26,214 nt of DNA from IMG/VR virus record IMGVR_UViG_3300037483_000118, positions 1 through 26,214 of that record. One strand, written 5' to 3'. The notes beneath the pieces are model-generated. The model worked only from the letters and a program-made list of their open reading frames with translations, had not been told where the DNA came from and did no database searches. Every line of letters starts with the position of its first letter. Position 1 is the stretch's first letter. Shown here piece by piece: positions 1 through 7,867 of this stretch. The DNA comes from a virus. Taxonomy: Duplodnaviria; Caudoviricetes. Both the position numbers and the translations under genes were made by a program.

Positions 1-1
1 T

Positions 2-205
2 AAATGTTCTGATTGTGAGAAACCAACAATAGATTATAATAAAAATAAATATGTTACAGATAAATTAGGAACAATACAAAAATGTATTTGTGGTAAGTGC
101 TATAAGAAAAGTAAAAGTAAATTCAATATTTTACAATTATCATATAATAAAAAAGATAATGATTTTAGTGATAGTGAGTGTGATTCATATTTAGGGGTTA
201 TTTAA
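2..205 (+). CDS. 3' end of a partial CDS with a C-terminal CxxC...CxxC zinc-finger-like motif
   Basis: Frame is open from position 2 (KCSDCEKP...KCICGKCYKK...YLGVI) to TAA 203-205, abutting ATG 206. The 5' end lies outside the window. Confidence 0.7.
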   Translation, partial: KCSDCEKPTIDYNKNKYVTDKLGTIQKCICGKCYKKSKSKFNILQLSYNKKDNDFSDSECDSYLGVI

Positions 206-955
206 ATGCAATTAAATGATAAAATTGAAATTGAATTTGAAAAAAGCACTGGAAACCTTGCAGAGATATATCAAAAACATAGAATTATGTTTGCATATTT
301 AAATAAATTAGGGGCATCTAAATATAAACAAATACATGAGTTTGTTCTTTGTAAAGATTTTTTAGGTGATGCTATATATGCAAATAAATACAAAGAAATT
401 ATACATGTTTATGGATTTAGATTTGATGGAACAAAAGATAAGTTAGATTCAGATAAAACAAGATTAATTATTAAATTAACTAAGGCAGCAGATGCTGACA
501 ATTTTGAAGATAATATTCAAATTTTAAATAATATTGAGAAACAATTAAAATTTTCATCTAAAACTAAATATTATTTTATTCAAAATAAAAAATATATTTT
601 AATTTTAGGGCCTAAAGAATGGCAAAGTAAAGTATTTTTAATTTCTATGTATAGTCTTCTACTTAAAATGCTTACTTATAAAATTATAGATAAAGAAAAT
701 TGGGTAGAAGAATTTATTGGTAATTATCGACTCTCTGATGAAACTGAAAGAATTCAAGCTGTTAATCTTTCTATATTTATACAGAAAACACCTATGATTT
801 TAAAGAAATATCCTAGTTTAGTCTGTGGTTATGAACAACACGAAGATCAGGTAGGGATATATCAAGTACATAATTCTACAGGAATTGTGTCAGTATTTAA
901 TTCTTATTTAAAAAAGGACAATGTATTTTCAATGGAATTTACACTAAATGATTAA
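206..955 (+). CDS. hypothetical protein adjacent to the ATP-grasp ligase
   Basis: 249-aa ORF whose 3' end overlaps the ATP-grasp start; contains FVLCKDFLGD and YGF motifs; no function recognised. Confidence 0.75.
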   Translation: MQLNDKIEIEFEKSTGNLAEIYQKHRIMFAYLNKLGASKYKQIHEFVLCKDFLGDAIYANKYKEIIHVYGFRFDGTKDKLDSDKTRLIIKLTKAADADNFEDNIQILNNIEKQLKFSSKTKYYFIQNKKYILILGPKEWQSKVFLISMYSLLLKMLTYKIIDKENWVEEFIGNYRLSDETERIQAVNLSIFIQKTPMILKKYPSLVCGYEQHEDQVGIYQVHNSTGIVSVFNSYLKKDNVFSMEFTLND

Positions 956-1658
956 AATATTTACTACTAAAAAAATGAGTATTACTGCTAATAAATTAAA
1001 AAAGAGATTAAAGGATATTGAGGGATGTATTAATTGGGGGTCATCAGGTGTTCTTAATCATAATGTTTTAAATAATAATATTACATATGCCTTATCTAAA
1101 ATAAAGACATTTAAACAATTTAGTCTTTTTAAAATTCCTTGCCCAGAATGGACAATAAAGCGGTCTACTATGGAAGAGTGGTGGGAACAAAAATTTCCAT
1201 TTTTAGTTAGGAAAACAATTAGTTCTTTTGGAGGTAAAGGAATTATTTTTATTGATCCTACAAATATTAAACTAGCGGATATTCCCTATGCTCCTTTATA
1301 TGTTAAATACATTAAGAAAACAAATGAATATCGAGTTCATGTTTTTAATGCAGAAGTAATTGACATTCAACAGAAAAAAATTAAAAAAGATTTTCCAAAA
1401 GAAAAAGTAAATTATCAAATTCGTAATCATAAAAATGGATGGGTATTTTGTAGAAGTAATATTTATATTCCCAAAGGAATTAAGGATTTGGCTATCGGGG
1501 CAGTTAACTCTTTACATCTTGATTTTGGTGCTGTAGATATTATTTGGAATGAAAAGCAAAATAAACTATATGTACTCGAAGTTAATACTGCCCCAGGTTT
1601 AACTGGCACTACTTTAGATAAATATGTTGCAGCTTTTACAGAACAGTTTCCTTCATAA
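948..1658 (+). CDS. ATP-grasp amidoligase (RimK/phiEco32-like)
   Basis: Motifs INWG, SFGGKGI, EYRVHVF, LDFGAVDII and VLEVNTAPGL (ExN metal-binding motif). Confidence 0.9.
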   Translation: MIKIFTTKKMSITANKLKKRLKDIEGCINWGSSGVLNHNVLNNNITYALSKIKTFKQFSLFKIPCPEWTIKRSTMEEWWEQKFPFLVRKTISSFGGKGIIFIDPTNIKLADIPYAPLYVKYIKKTNEYRVHVFNAEVIDIQQKKIKKDFPKEKVNYQIRNHKNGWVFCRSNIYIPKGIKDLAIGAVNSLHLDFGAVDIIWNEKQNKLYVLEVNTAPGLTGTTLDKYVAAFTEQFPS

Positions 1659-1709
1659 AATCGTATTGTTAAAAATTTAATCTGGAAAAATCCAGAGGAG
1701 GATTAGAAA

Positions 1710-1901
1710 ATCAAATGCTTATCTTGTGATTGTATTTTAGATGATTATGAATCTACTAGAAAATATATATATTCTAATGAGTACATAGAATTATGTAATA
1801 ATTGTTTAAGTAAAAGTGATTTATATGAGCACTCTTTTACTCCTAAAGAAGAAATAATTAATGAAATAAATATAACAATAGATGAAATTTTAAATGACTA
1901 G
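1710..1901 (+). CDS. small zinc-finger protein upstream of primase, apparent AUC start
   Basis: GAGGAGG at 1695-1701, 8-nt spacer, ATC at 1710. Translates (M)KCLSCDCILDDYESTRKY...YIELCNNC...; in-frame TAG at 1704-1706 precludes an upstream start; the stop overlaps the primase start. Confidence 0.75.
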   Translation: MKCLSCDCILDDYESTRKYIYSNEYIELCNNCLSKSDLYEHSFTPKEEIINEINITIDEILND

Positions 1902-2628
1902 ATGTGTTAAACATGAAAGATGTCCACAGTGTGCTAAATTAGGAAAGGATAAACATGGTGACAATCTCGCTATTTATGACGACAATTCTGATTATTGCTT
2001 TAGTTGCGGGTACAGTACTCATGCCAATAGTACTAAAGTCCCTCAAGAACGAGGATCAAAGCAGCCTATTTATTTACCTCTTGATGTTGACAACTTTATT
2101 CCTCAGTTTTGCTGTGAATGGTTACAAAAGTATCAATTAGATGAGTTAGATTATATACAAAATAAATTACTTTGGTCCGAGAGTTTACAAAGATTAATTT
2201 TTCCTATATTTAATACGGAAGGATTATTAGCATGGCAGGGTCGTTATTTTGGAACAAATCCAAAGGAAGCGAAATGGTATTCGATAGGGAACATGAAAAT
2301 AGTATATCATATTTTAGGACAAAAGCAAAGAGATTCCCTTGTTCTTGTGGAAGATATAGTTTCTGCAATCAAGATTGCAAAGTACGGTCATCAGTCAATG
2401 CCTCTATTTGGGAGTCATATTGGAATGGAGCGCCTTCTGTTTCTCCGGAAGTTGATAGATAAAATTATTATTTGGCTTGATCCAGATAAAAATAAAGAGG
2501 CGTTGAGTACTGCTAGACTCTGTGATAGCTTGAGCATCTCCTCGCGCGTGATCCTCTCTGATAGAGACCCCAAGGACCATAGTTTCGAAGCGATACAGAA
2601 ACTTCTTGACACACAGACGGAAGTGTGA
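1894..2628 (+). CDS. DNA primase (Zn ribbon + TOPRIM), separate from the helicase
   Basis: N-terminal CPQC...YCFSC; WQGR; TOPRIM motifs LVLVED and IIWLDPD. Confidence 0.9.
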   Translation: MTRCVKHERCPQCAKLGKDKHGDNLAIYDDNSDYCFSCGYSTHANSTKVPQERGSKQPIYLPLDVDNFIPQFCCEWLQKYQLDELDYIQNKLLWSESLQRLIFPIFNTEGLLAWQGRYFGTNPKEAKWYSIGNMKIVYHILGQKQRDSLVLVEDIVSAIKIAKYGHQSMPLFGSHIGMERLLFLRKLIDKIIIWLDPDKNKEALSTARLCDSLSISSRVILSDRDPKDHSFEAIQKLLDTQTEV

Positions 2629-2634
2629 GATACT
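2606..2634 (+). promoter_or_regulatory. sigma70-type promoter upstream of the helicase
   Basis: TTGACA (2606-2611), 17-nt spacer ending in TG-n (extended -10), GATACT (2629-2634); an additional TATAAT at 2640-2645. Confidence 0.75.
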
Positions 2635-2694
2635 ATTAGTATAATGGGTTTACAGGCTTTTTGAGAGTAAAAGAAAGCGAGTCCAAACGAGCAT

Positions 2695-3939
2695 ATGAAT
2701 AGTTACCTATATCTACTAAATTACTTTATAAAAGATGATATATATCATAAGTATAGAAAATACTTATACTTAGAACAAGAATCTAAAGAGATAAAAGAAA
2801 TTTATAGTAATTTAGATTATCTTATGAATAAATATAATATTGATATTACTCTTGAAGAACTAGAGTTATATACTGTTACTAATGCTTCTTTAGAGAAATA
2901 TAAAACAATATTTAAAGAAATATTTAGTTTTATTAGATTACAGGAGTATAAAGAAACTAATAAATTAATTATTGAAGAAATACTTAATGAGATTAAAAAT
3001 AAAAGTATTGCTAGAGAATTAAGTATCAAAGCATTAAATGTCTGTGAGGGAAGAGAAGATTATGCTACTCTTGTTAGTTATTGGAATTCTAATTGCAGCT
3101 TTGATAGCTGCGGATCGTCTGTAGAAGAAGATAGTAATTTAATTACTTCTAATCTTGAAGAATTAATAAATAGTTCTGTAACAGAAAAAGGTTTAAGATG
3201 GTCTTTAAATATTCTAAATAAATCTCTAGGTTCTTTACGCAAAGGTGATTTTGGATTTGTATTTGCTAGACCAGAGACAGGTAAAACTACTTTTTTAGCT
3301 TGTGAAGTTGCTAATTTTTTGAAACAAACAGATAAACCAATTCTGTGGATAAATAATGAGGAGCAGGGCAATAAAGTAATGCTTCGTGTTTATCAAGCAT
3401 TCTTTAGTGTGACATTACAGGAATTAATTGCAAATAAGGAAAGATATGGTAAAGAATTTGAATTTTGTTCACAAGAAAGATTTATCTTTATTGACTCAGC
3501 TACAATCAGTAAGCGTGATATTGAACAGTACTGTGAAAAATATCAACCAAATCTTATTGTTATTGACCAAATCGACAAAATCAAAGGATTCACAGATGAT
3601 CGAGAAGATTTACGACTCGGAGGAATTTATATATGGGCTAGAGAGATTGCGAAAAGATTCTGCCCTGTTATTGGAGTATGTCAAGCTAGTGGCGAAGCCG
3701 AAGGAAGGAAATGGTTAAATATGGATATGGTAGCTAATGCTAAGACAGCTAAACAAGCTGAGGCCGATTTTATTTTAGGTATTGGAAAAGTACATGATCC
3801 CGGATATGAGGGAATTAGGCATATTCATATTAGTAAAAATAAATTAATTGGTGATGAAGATACTGAACCAATGATGCGTCATGGAAAATTTGATATTATT
3901 ATCAAACCGGAGCTGGCTAAATATTATGACCTATACTGA
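2695..3939 (+). CDS. DnaB-like (SF4) replicative helicase
   Basis: Walker A ARPETGKT, NNEE, Walker B IVIDQ, VCQAS, QAEAD and ISKNK motifs. Confidence 0.93.
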   Translation: MNSYLYLLNYFIKDDIYHKYRKYLYLEQESKEIKEIYSNLDYLMNKYNIDITLEELELYTVTNASLEKYKTIFKEIFSFIRLQEYKETNKLIIEEILNEIKNKSIARELSIKALNVCEGREDYATLVSYWNSNCSFDSCGSSVEEDSNLITSNLEELINSSVTEKGLRWSLNILNKSLGSLRKGDFGFVFARPETGKTTFLACEVANFLKQTDKPILWINNEEQGNKVMLRVYQAFFSVTLQELIANKERYGKEFEFCSQERFIFIDSATISKRDIEQYCEKYQPNLIVIDQIDKIKGFTDDREDLRLGGIYIWAREIAKRFCPVIGVCQASGEAEGRKWLNMDMVANAKTAKQAEADFILGIGKVHDPGYEGIRHIHISKNKLIGDEDTEPMMRHGKFDIIIKPELAKYYDLY

Positions 3940-4165
3940 TAAAGAATTTAAAGGTGATTGTTTTGGTGTAGAAGTATATACTAGAAATGAAGAAGATAAA
4001 GCTAAAATGCTTAAATTCTTAATTGAGGATGATGACAGTTGGATTGTGAAATTAACAATAAATGCTTATTGGCTAGATGAAACTATTGAAATACTTCAAT
4101 TAACAAGAAACTATTTAAAAAATAATTGTAGACAAGATGCATGGGGATACTATGACCTTAACTAA
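3926..4165 (+). CDS. hypothetical protein
   Basis: ORF track 3881..4165; start moved to ATG 3926 to minimise overlap with the helicase. Confidence 0.7.
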   Translation: MTYTDKEFKGDCFGVEVYTRNEEDKAKMLKFLIEDDDSWIVKLTINAYWLDETIEILQLTRNYLKNNCRQDAWGYYDLN

Positions 4166-4328
4166 ACGAAATGGCGGTAACGCTACTATTACAGAAGTTG
4201 CTGATCTTTGGAAAGAATTTGCAGAAGCTTGTAGAAAAGAAGGTGGTGCACCTTTTCCATTATCAACTGATCCATCGGATGATTGGATTAAATCTTACTG
4301 GCATGAATGGTTAGATTATAATGAGTAA
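4152..4328 (+). CDS. hypothetical protein
   Basis: ATG 4152 after GGGG; overlaps both neighbours. Confidence 0.65.
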   Translation: MTLTKRNGGNATITEVADLWKEFAEACRKEGGAPFPLSTDPSDDWIKSYWHEWLDYNE

Positions 4329-4545
4329 TTATTCTATATCTCTTGGTCGCTGTGGACCTACAGATTGTACTTTAACTCTTAATAAAGATGGAAGTCTAAG
4401 TAAAGAATATGGTGTTGAAAGTCCTGCATGGAAAATATTAGGCACCTGGTTCGAGAAAGATATAGAGGCAACAGGAATTCCAATAGCTATTGGAGATTTT
4501 GTTTATAATAATTTTGATAAAGATATAATAAATGAAAACAACTAA
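4321..4545 (+). CDS. hypothetical protein
   Basis: ORF tightly overlapping both neighbours. Confidence 0.65.
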   Translation: MSNYSISLGRCGPTDCTLTLNKDGSLSKEYGVESPAWKILGTWFEKDIEATGIPIAIGDFVYNNFDKDIINENN

Positions 4546-4726
4546 ACTAACTGTGTTCCCATTAGGTGGGATATGGAAGTATGCAGACTTAGATGAGGAG
4601 ATTGATGGTGTAATAATTGCAACTACATTAGAGGAAGCAAAAAAAGTAGCTATATCTACTTTAGAAAAAAGAATTGAGCAAATTAAAAAATTAAAATATA
4701 AGGATATTCCTTTTTATAATGAATAA
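4532..4726 (+). CDS. hypothetical protein
   Basis: ORF tightly overlapping both neighbours. Confidence 0.65.
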   Translation: MKTTKLTVFPLGGIWKYADLDEEIDGVIIATTLEEAKKVAISTLEKRIEQIKKLKYKDIPFYNE

Positions 4727-5270
4727 TATATTTCAAGCATGGCCTAAAATCCCTAGATTAGAGAATGAGAGATTTCAAATCTCTGAAAAAATAGATGGTA
4801 CTAATGGTTGTATAATAATTACTTTACATAACCAAATGGGGAATAAAAATTGTATATACACTGACTATATCTATGATGTATATGCTCAGTCTAGGTCTAA
4901 ATTAATTACTCCAGAAAATGATAACTTTGTATTTGCTAAATGGGTAAAAGAAAATGCAGTACAATTAATAAATGATTTAGGTGTTGGCTATCATTATGGT
5001 GAGTGGTGGGGACAAGGAATCAATAGAGGGTATGGATTAGATCACAAGAGATTCAGTTTATTTAACCTCAGAAAGCAAAGTTCTATTTGTTATAATGTTC
5101 CAGTAATATCCATGCAAGAGGGACGTTTTGACATGGAGTCTTTAAATATTGATGTTGAATATTTAAAAAAGAATGGTTCTTTTGCAGCCCCTGAATATAT
5201 GAAACCAGAGGGATTGGTTATTTATGCTGAGAAAGCTAAGTGCTACTGGAAGGTTATAATTGATAAATGA
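4719..5270 (+). CDS. RNA ligase-like nucleotidyltransferase (Rnl2-type adenylation domain only)
   Basis: Motif I EKIDGTN (KxDG), QSR, motif III YGEWWG, FSLFN, motif IV PEGLVI, C-terminal motif V lysine. Confidence 0.82.
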   Translation: MNNIFQAWPKIPRLENERFQISEKIDGTNGCIIITLHNQMGNKNCIYTDYIYDVYAQSRSKLITPENDNFVFAKWVKENAVQLINDLGVGYHYGEWWGQGINRGYGLDHKRFSLFNLRKQSSICYNVPVISMQEGRFDMESLNIDVEYLKKNGSFAAPEYMKPEGLVIYAEKAKCYWKVIIDK

Positions 5271-5539
5271 ATAATACAACTGAAGAAAAATTAGAATCCT
5301 ATAAAAAAGAACTTAGTTTGGAATATTTTTCAATTGATTCATTGATAGAATCTCATAGATATTTACGAGAAATATCTATAAAGTACCATGATGCTTTGCG
5401 GGAAGAACGAGTTAAAGCTAGGGAACATGCTTTTGAATATTTAAAAACCCAGGGTGAAAAATATAATTGGTTTTCCAGAGAACGCCTGTTGTCTATGACT
5501 ATTCAACAATTAGTTGATGTTTTAGAGGGGTGTGATTGA
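5267..5539 (+). CDS. hypothetical protein
   Basis: ATGA overlap with the upstream gene; helical, charged 90-aa protein. Confidence 0.7.
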   Translation: MNNTTEEKLESYKKELSLEYFSIDSLIESHRYLREISIKYHDALREERVKAREHAFEYLKTQGEKYNWFSRERLLSMTIQQLVDVLEGCD

Positions 5540-5787
5540 TGAATAATTATATTCTCAAGAACTATAAATTAGTTTGGTCTATTACATCTTTTTATAAAAA
5601 ATATTCAGAGGAGTATCCATATTTTCATGGGAAACTCTATTTTAGCTCTTTGAATAAGTTGGAAGAAATGTGTAATTGGGAACAAAATAATTCTGAAAAT
5701 GATAATGGCGAATTTATCACAATAATTGCAACAGAATTTGTAAAGGATACTTTTAATAATCTTGATTATGTTCCAGATAATTATTAA
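5539..5787 (+). CDS. hypothetical protein
   Basis: ATG 5539 in a TGATG overlap, with GAGGGGTG upstream. Confidence 0.65.
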   Translation: MNNYILKNYKLVWSITSFYKKYSEEYPYFHGKLYFSSLNKLEEMCNWEQNNSENDNGEFITIIATEFVKDTFNNLDYVPDNY

Positions 5788-5803
5788 GAGATTTTAAATA
5801 GAT

Positions 5804-6949
5804 ATGGATAACTATATTTGTCTGGATGTGGAAAGTACCATATGGAATAAAGGCCACCCATTTGATTCCAGAAATTTCATGGTGGCTTTAGGATTTAGAG
5901 CAGACAACAATAATTTTCTTCAATATAAATCTAAATTTGCAGCACAATTTACAACCTTTGGAACTCCTAATAGGCTGCTTGTAGGATTTAATTTAAAGTT
6001 TGATCTACACTGGTTACAAAAATACAACATTGAGTATTGTCATTGTGATGTCTGGGATTGTCAACTTGCTGAATATATATTGTCAAACCAAACAAATCCA
6101 TTCCCTTCTTTGGATGATACCTGTGTTAAATATGGTCTAGGTGAAAAAATACATGGTATAAAAGAGAAGTATTGGGATAATGAAATTAATACGGACGCCA
6201 TCCCCAAAGAAGAATTACTTGAGTATTTAGAGCGTGATTTAGAATTAACAGAAAAATTATTTCTATATCAACAAGAACAGTTTAAAAAATATCCAAAGAA
6301 ATATGAATTATTTAAACTTCAGTGTGAAGATTTAAAAGTATTGCAACAAATAGAGTGGAATGGTTTACTTTATAATAGGGAGAAGGCTAGAAAAAGATTA
6401 AAAGAATATGAATATGACCTCCAAGATAAAGAACAAATTATTAAATCTTATGCTAAATATCCTAGCATACTTAATATTAATTCTAGTTTTCATATTTCGG
6501 CGCTCCTACATGGAGGACTTGTTAAAGAAGAAATTAGATGCCCAGTCGGGCAATACCAATCAGGATTAAAGGTAGGACAAATAAGATATAAAATATTTAA
6601 AAAAGATTATCAATTACCTAGATTAATAGAACCGTTGCCTAAAACAGAATTAAAAACTAAAGGATATTGGTCTGTAGACGATAAAATCATTCGTAAATTA
6701 AAAATACCAAAGGAATATAAACCTCTCATAGCAGCAATAGAATCTTATGCAAAGATTGAAAAATTAAGGAGTACATATTTCCAAGGGATGTTAAATTTAT
6801 TTGATGAAAAAAATTGGGCAGATGATTTTATTCATGGGAGTATGAATCAATGTTCTGCTATTACAGGCAGACTATCTAGTTCACAACCTAATTTACAGAA
6901 TCTACCTGATGAGGCATATGAAACGATAGAAAGTAGGTACACAAAATGA
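5804..6949 (+). CDS. DNA polymerase family A, N-terminal subunit (3'-5' exonuclease + thumb)
   Basis: ExoI LDVES, ExoII GFNLKFDL, ExoIII YLERD; IEWNG; ends just after TGRLSSSQPNLQNLP. Confidence 0.93.
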   Translation: MDNYICLDVESTIWNKGHPFDSRNFMVALGFRADNNNFLQYKSKFAAQFTTFGTPNRLLVGFNLKFDLHWLQKYNIEYCHCDVWDCQLAEYILSNQTNPFPSLDDTCVKYGLGEKIHGIKEKYWDNEINTDAIPKEELLEYLERDLELTEKLFLYQQEQFKKYPKKYELFKLQCEDLKVLQQIEWNGLLYNREKARKRLKEYEYDLQDKEQIIKSYAKYPSILNINSSFHISALLHGGLVKEEIRCPVGQYQSGLKVGQIRYKIFKKDYQLPRLIEPLPKTELKTKGYWSVDDKIIRKLKIPKEYKPLIAAIESYAKIEKLRSTYFQGMLNLFDEKNWADDFIHGSMNQCSAITGRLSSSQPNLQNLPDEAYETIESRYTK

Positions 6950-7113
6950 CATTTGAAGAATGGTGGCAAAAAGAAGGACAACATCTTCATCTACATGATG
7001 ATAAGAAATTAGCAGCGATTGTTTGGTATCTGGCTTGGGGAATTGGATATGAATCTGGAAAAGATGCCGAATATTATAATGAAAATTGTGTTGGTAGTCC
7101 CGACCCTGAATAA
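6946..7113 (+). CDS. 55-aa hypothetical protein between the two polymerase genes
   Basis: MTFEEWWQKEGQHLH...AIVWYLAWGIGYESGKD...PDPE*; ATGA overlap with the Pol-N stop; absent from the ORF track. Confidence 0.75.
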   Translation: MTFEEWWQKEGQHLHLHDDKKLAAIVWYLAWGIGYESGKDAEYYNENCVGSPDPE

Positions 7114-7115
7114 AT

Positions 7116-7133
7116 ATGAAATATAAACAATAA
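7116..7133 (+). other. minigene MKYKQ whose TAA overlaps the Pol-C ATG (TAATG)
   Basis: ATG AAA TAT AAA CAA TAA begins 2 nt after the previous stop. Confidence 0.35.
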
Positions 7134-7867
7134 TGTTAATTAAAGTTGACTGTTCTCAGCTTGAGTGGCGAATAGGTTCTTGGTTAGCTAATGACCAAGT
7201 AGCGTTGGAAGAAATCCTAACAGGTTTCGATGCTCATAGTGATAATCAAATTCGATTTAATTTACCAGAAAGATTAATAGCCAAGGTCTTTCTTTTCAGG
7301 TTAATTTTCGGAGGAACGGCATATACTTATGCTAATGATGCGGACTTTTTGTTCGTTAGTAGTTCTACTAAATTCTGGGAAAAAGCTATTGAAGCGTTTA
7401 AAGAAAAATATGTGGGGTGGGTTTCTTTCTGGGAAAGATTGATTCTGGAAGCAACTACTACAGGAAAAATAATTAGCCCTTTTGGACGTGAGTGGGAGTA
7501 TCATACTTATATTAATAAGTATACAGGAGAACCTGAGTGGCCAATAACTAGAATTAAAAACTATATAGTGCAGGGAACATCGGCAGATATAATGTCTATT
7601 GTACGCACAAATATAAATAAGCGATGGGATTTTCCACAAACAGAGGCTAATATTATAAATACTGTTCATGATGATGTAGTTTTTGATACAAAAGAAAAAC
7701 ATATTGACAAGATCATAAGAATAGTATATAGGGCCTTTAGAGATGTTAACGAAGAAGTTACAAAAAGATTTGGAGTAGTGTTGACAGTCCCTTTGGAGTA
7801 TGATATACTGATAGGTATGAACATGAAAGATTTAGAAGCACCACATAAGGAGATAATTAAATTATGA
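7133..7867 (+). CDS. DNA polymerase family A, C-terminal subunit (palm/fingers)
   Basis: Motif A DCSQLEWR, motif B RLIAKVFLFRLIFGG, SPFGR, NYIVQGTSAD, motif C TVHDD. Confidence 0.93.
   Translation: MLIKVDCSQLEWRIGSWLANDQVALEEILTGFDAHSDNQIRFNLPERLIAKVFLFRLIFGGTAYTYANDADFLFVSSSTKFWEKAIEAFKEKYVGWVSFWERLILEATTTGKIISPFGREWEYHTYINKYTGEPEWPITRIKNYIVQGTSADIMSIVRTNINKRWDFPQTEANIINTVHDDVVFDTKEKHIDKIIRIVYRAFRDVNEEVTKRFGVVLTVPLEYDILIGMNMKDLEAPHKEIIKL
7781..7809 (+). promoter_or_regulatory. sigma70-type promoter inside Pol-C, upstream of the SSB-like gene
   Basis: TTGACA (7781-7786), 17 nt including TG at 7801-7802, TATACT (7804-7809); TAAGGAG RBS at 7846-7852. Confidence 0.8.

Noticed and set aside
1656-1712. 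Stop-codon reassignment or readthrough fusing ATP-grasp to the in-frame Zn-finger ORF
   Set aside because: It needs both TAA and TAG readthrough; all three stop codons end genes elsewhere in the window and long genes are intact under the standard code.
6036-6064. Antisense TTGACA-17-GACAAT inside Pol-N
   Set aside because: Weak -10 element and no associated ORF or terminator; cannot be told from chance.
6941-7135. Intron, intein, readthrough or ribosomal hop joining the two polymerase halves (both are in the same frame; ACAAAATG and ACAATAATG flank the gap)
   Set aside because: TGA, TAG and TAA all occur in frame; there is no matching AAA landing codon, no group I/II core and no intein termini; the gap holds its own plausible ORF.
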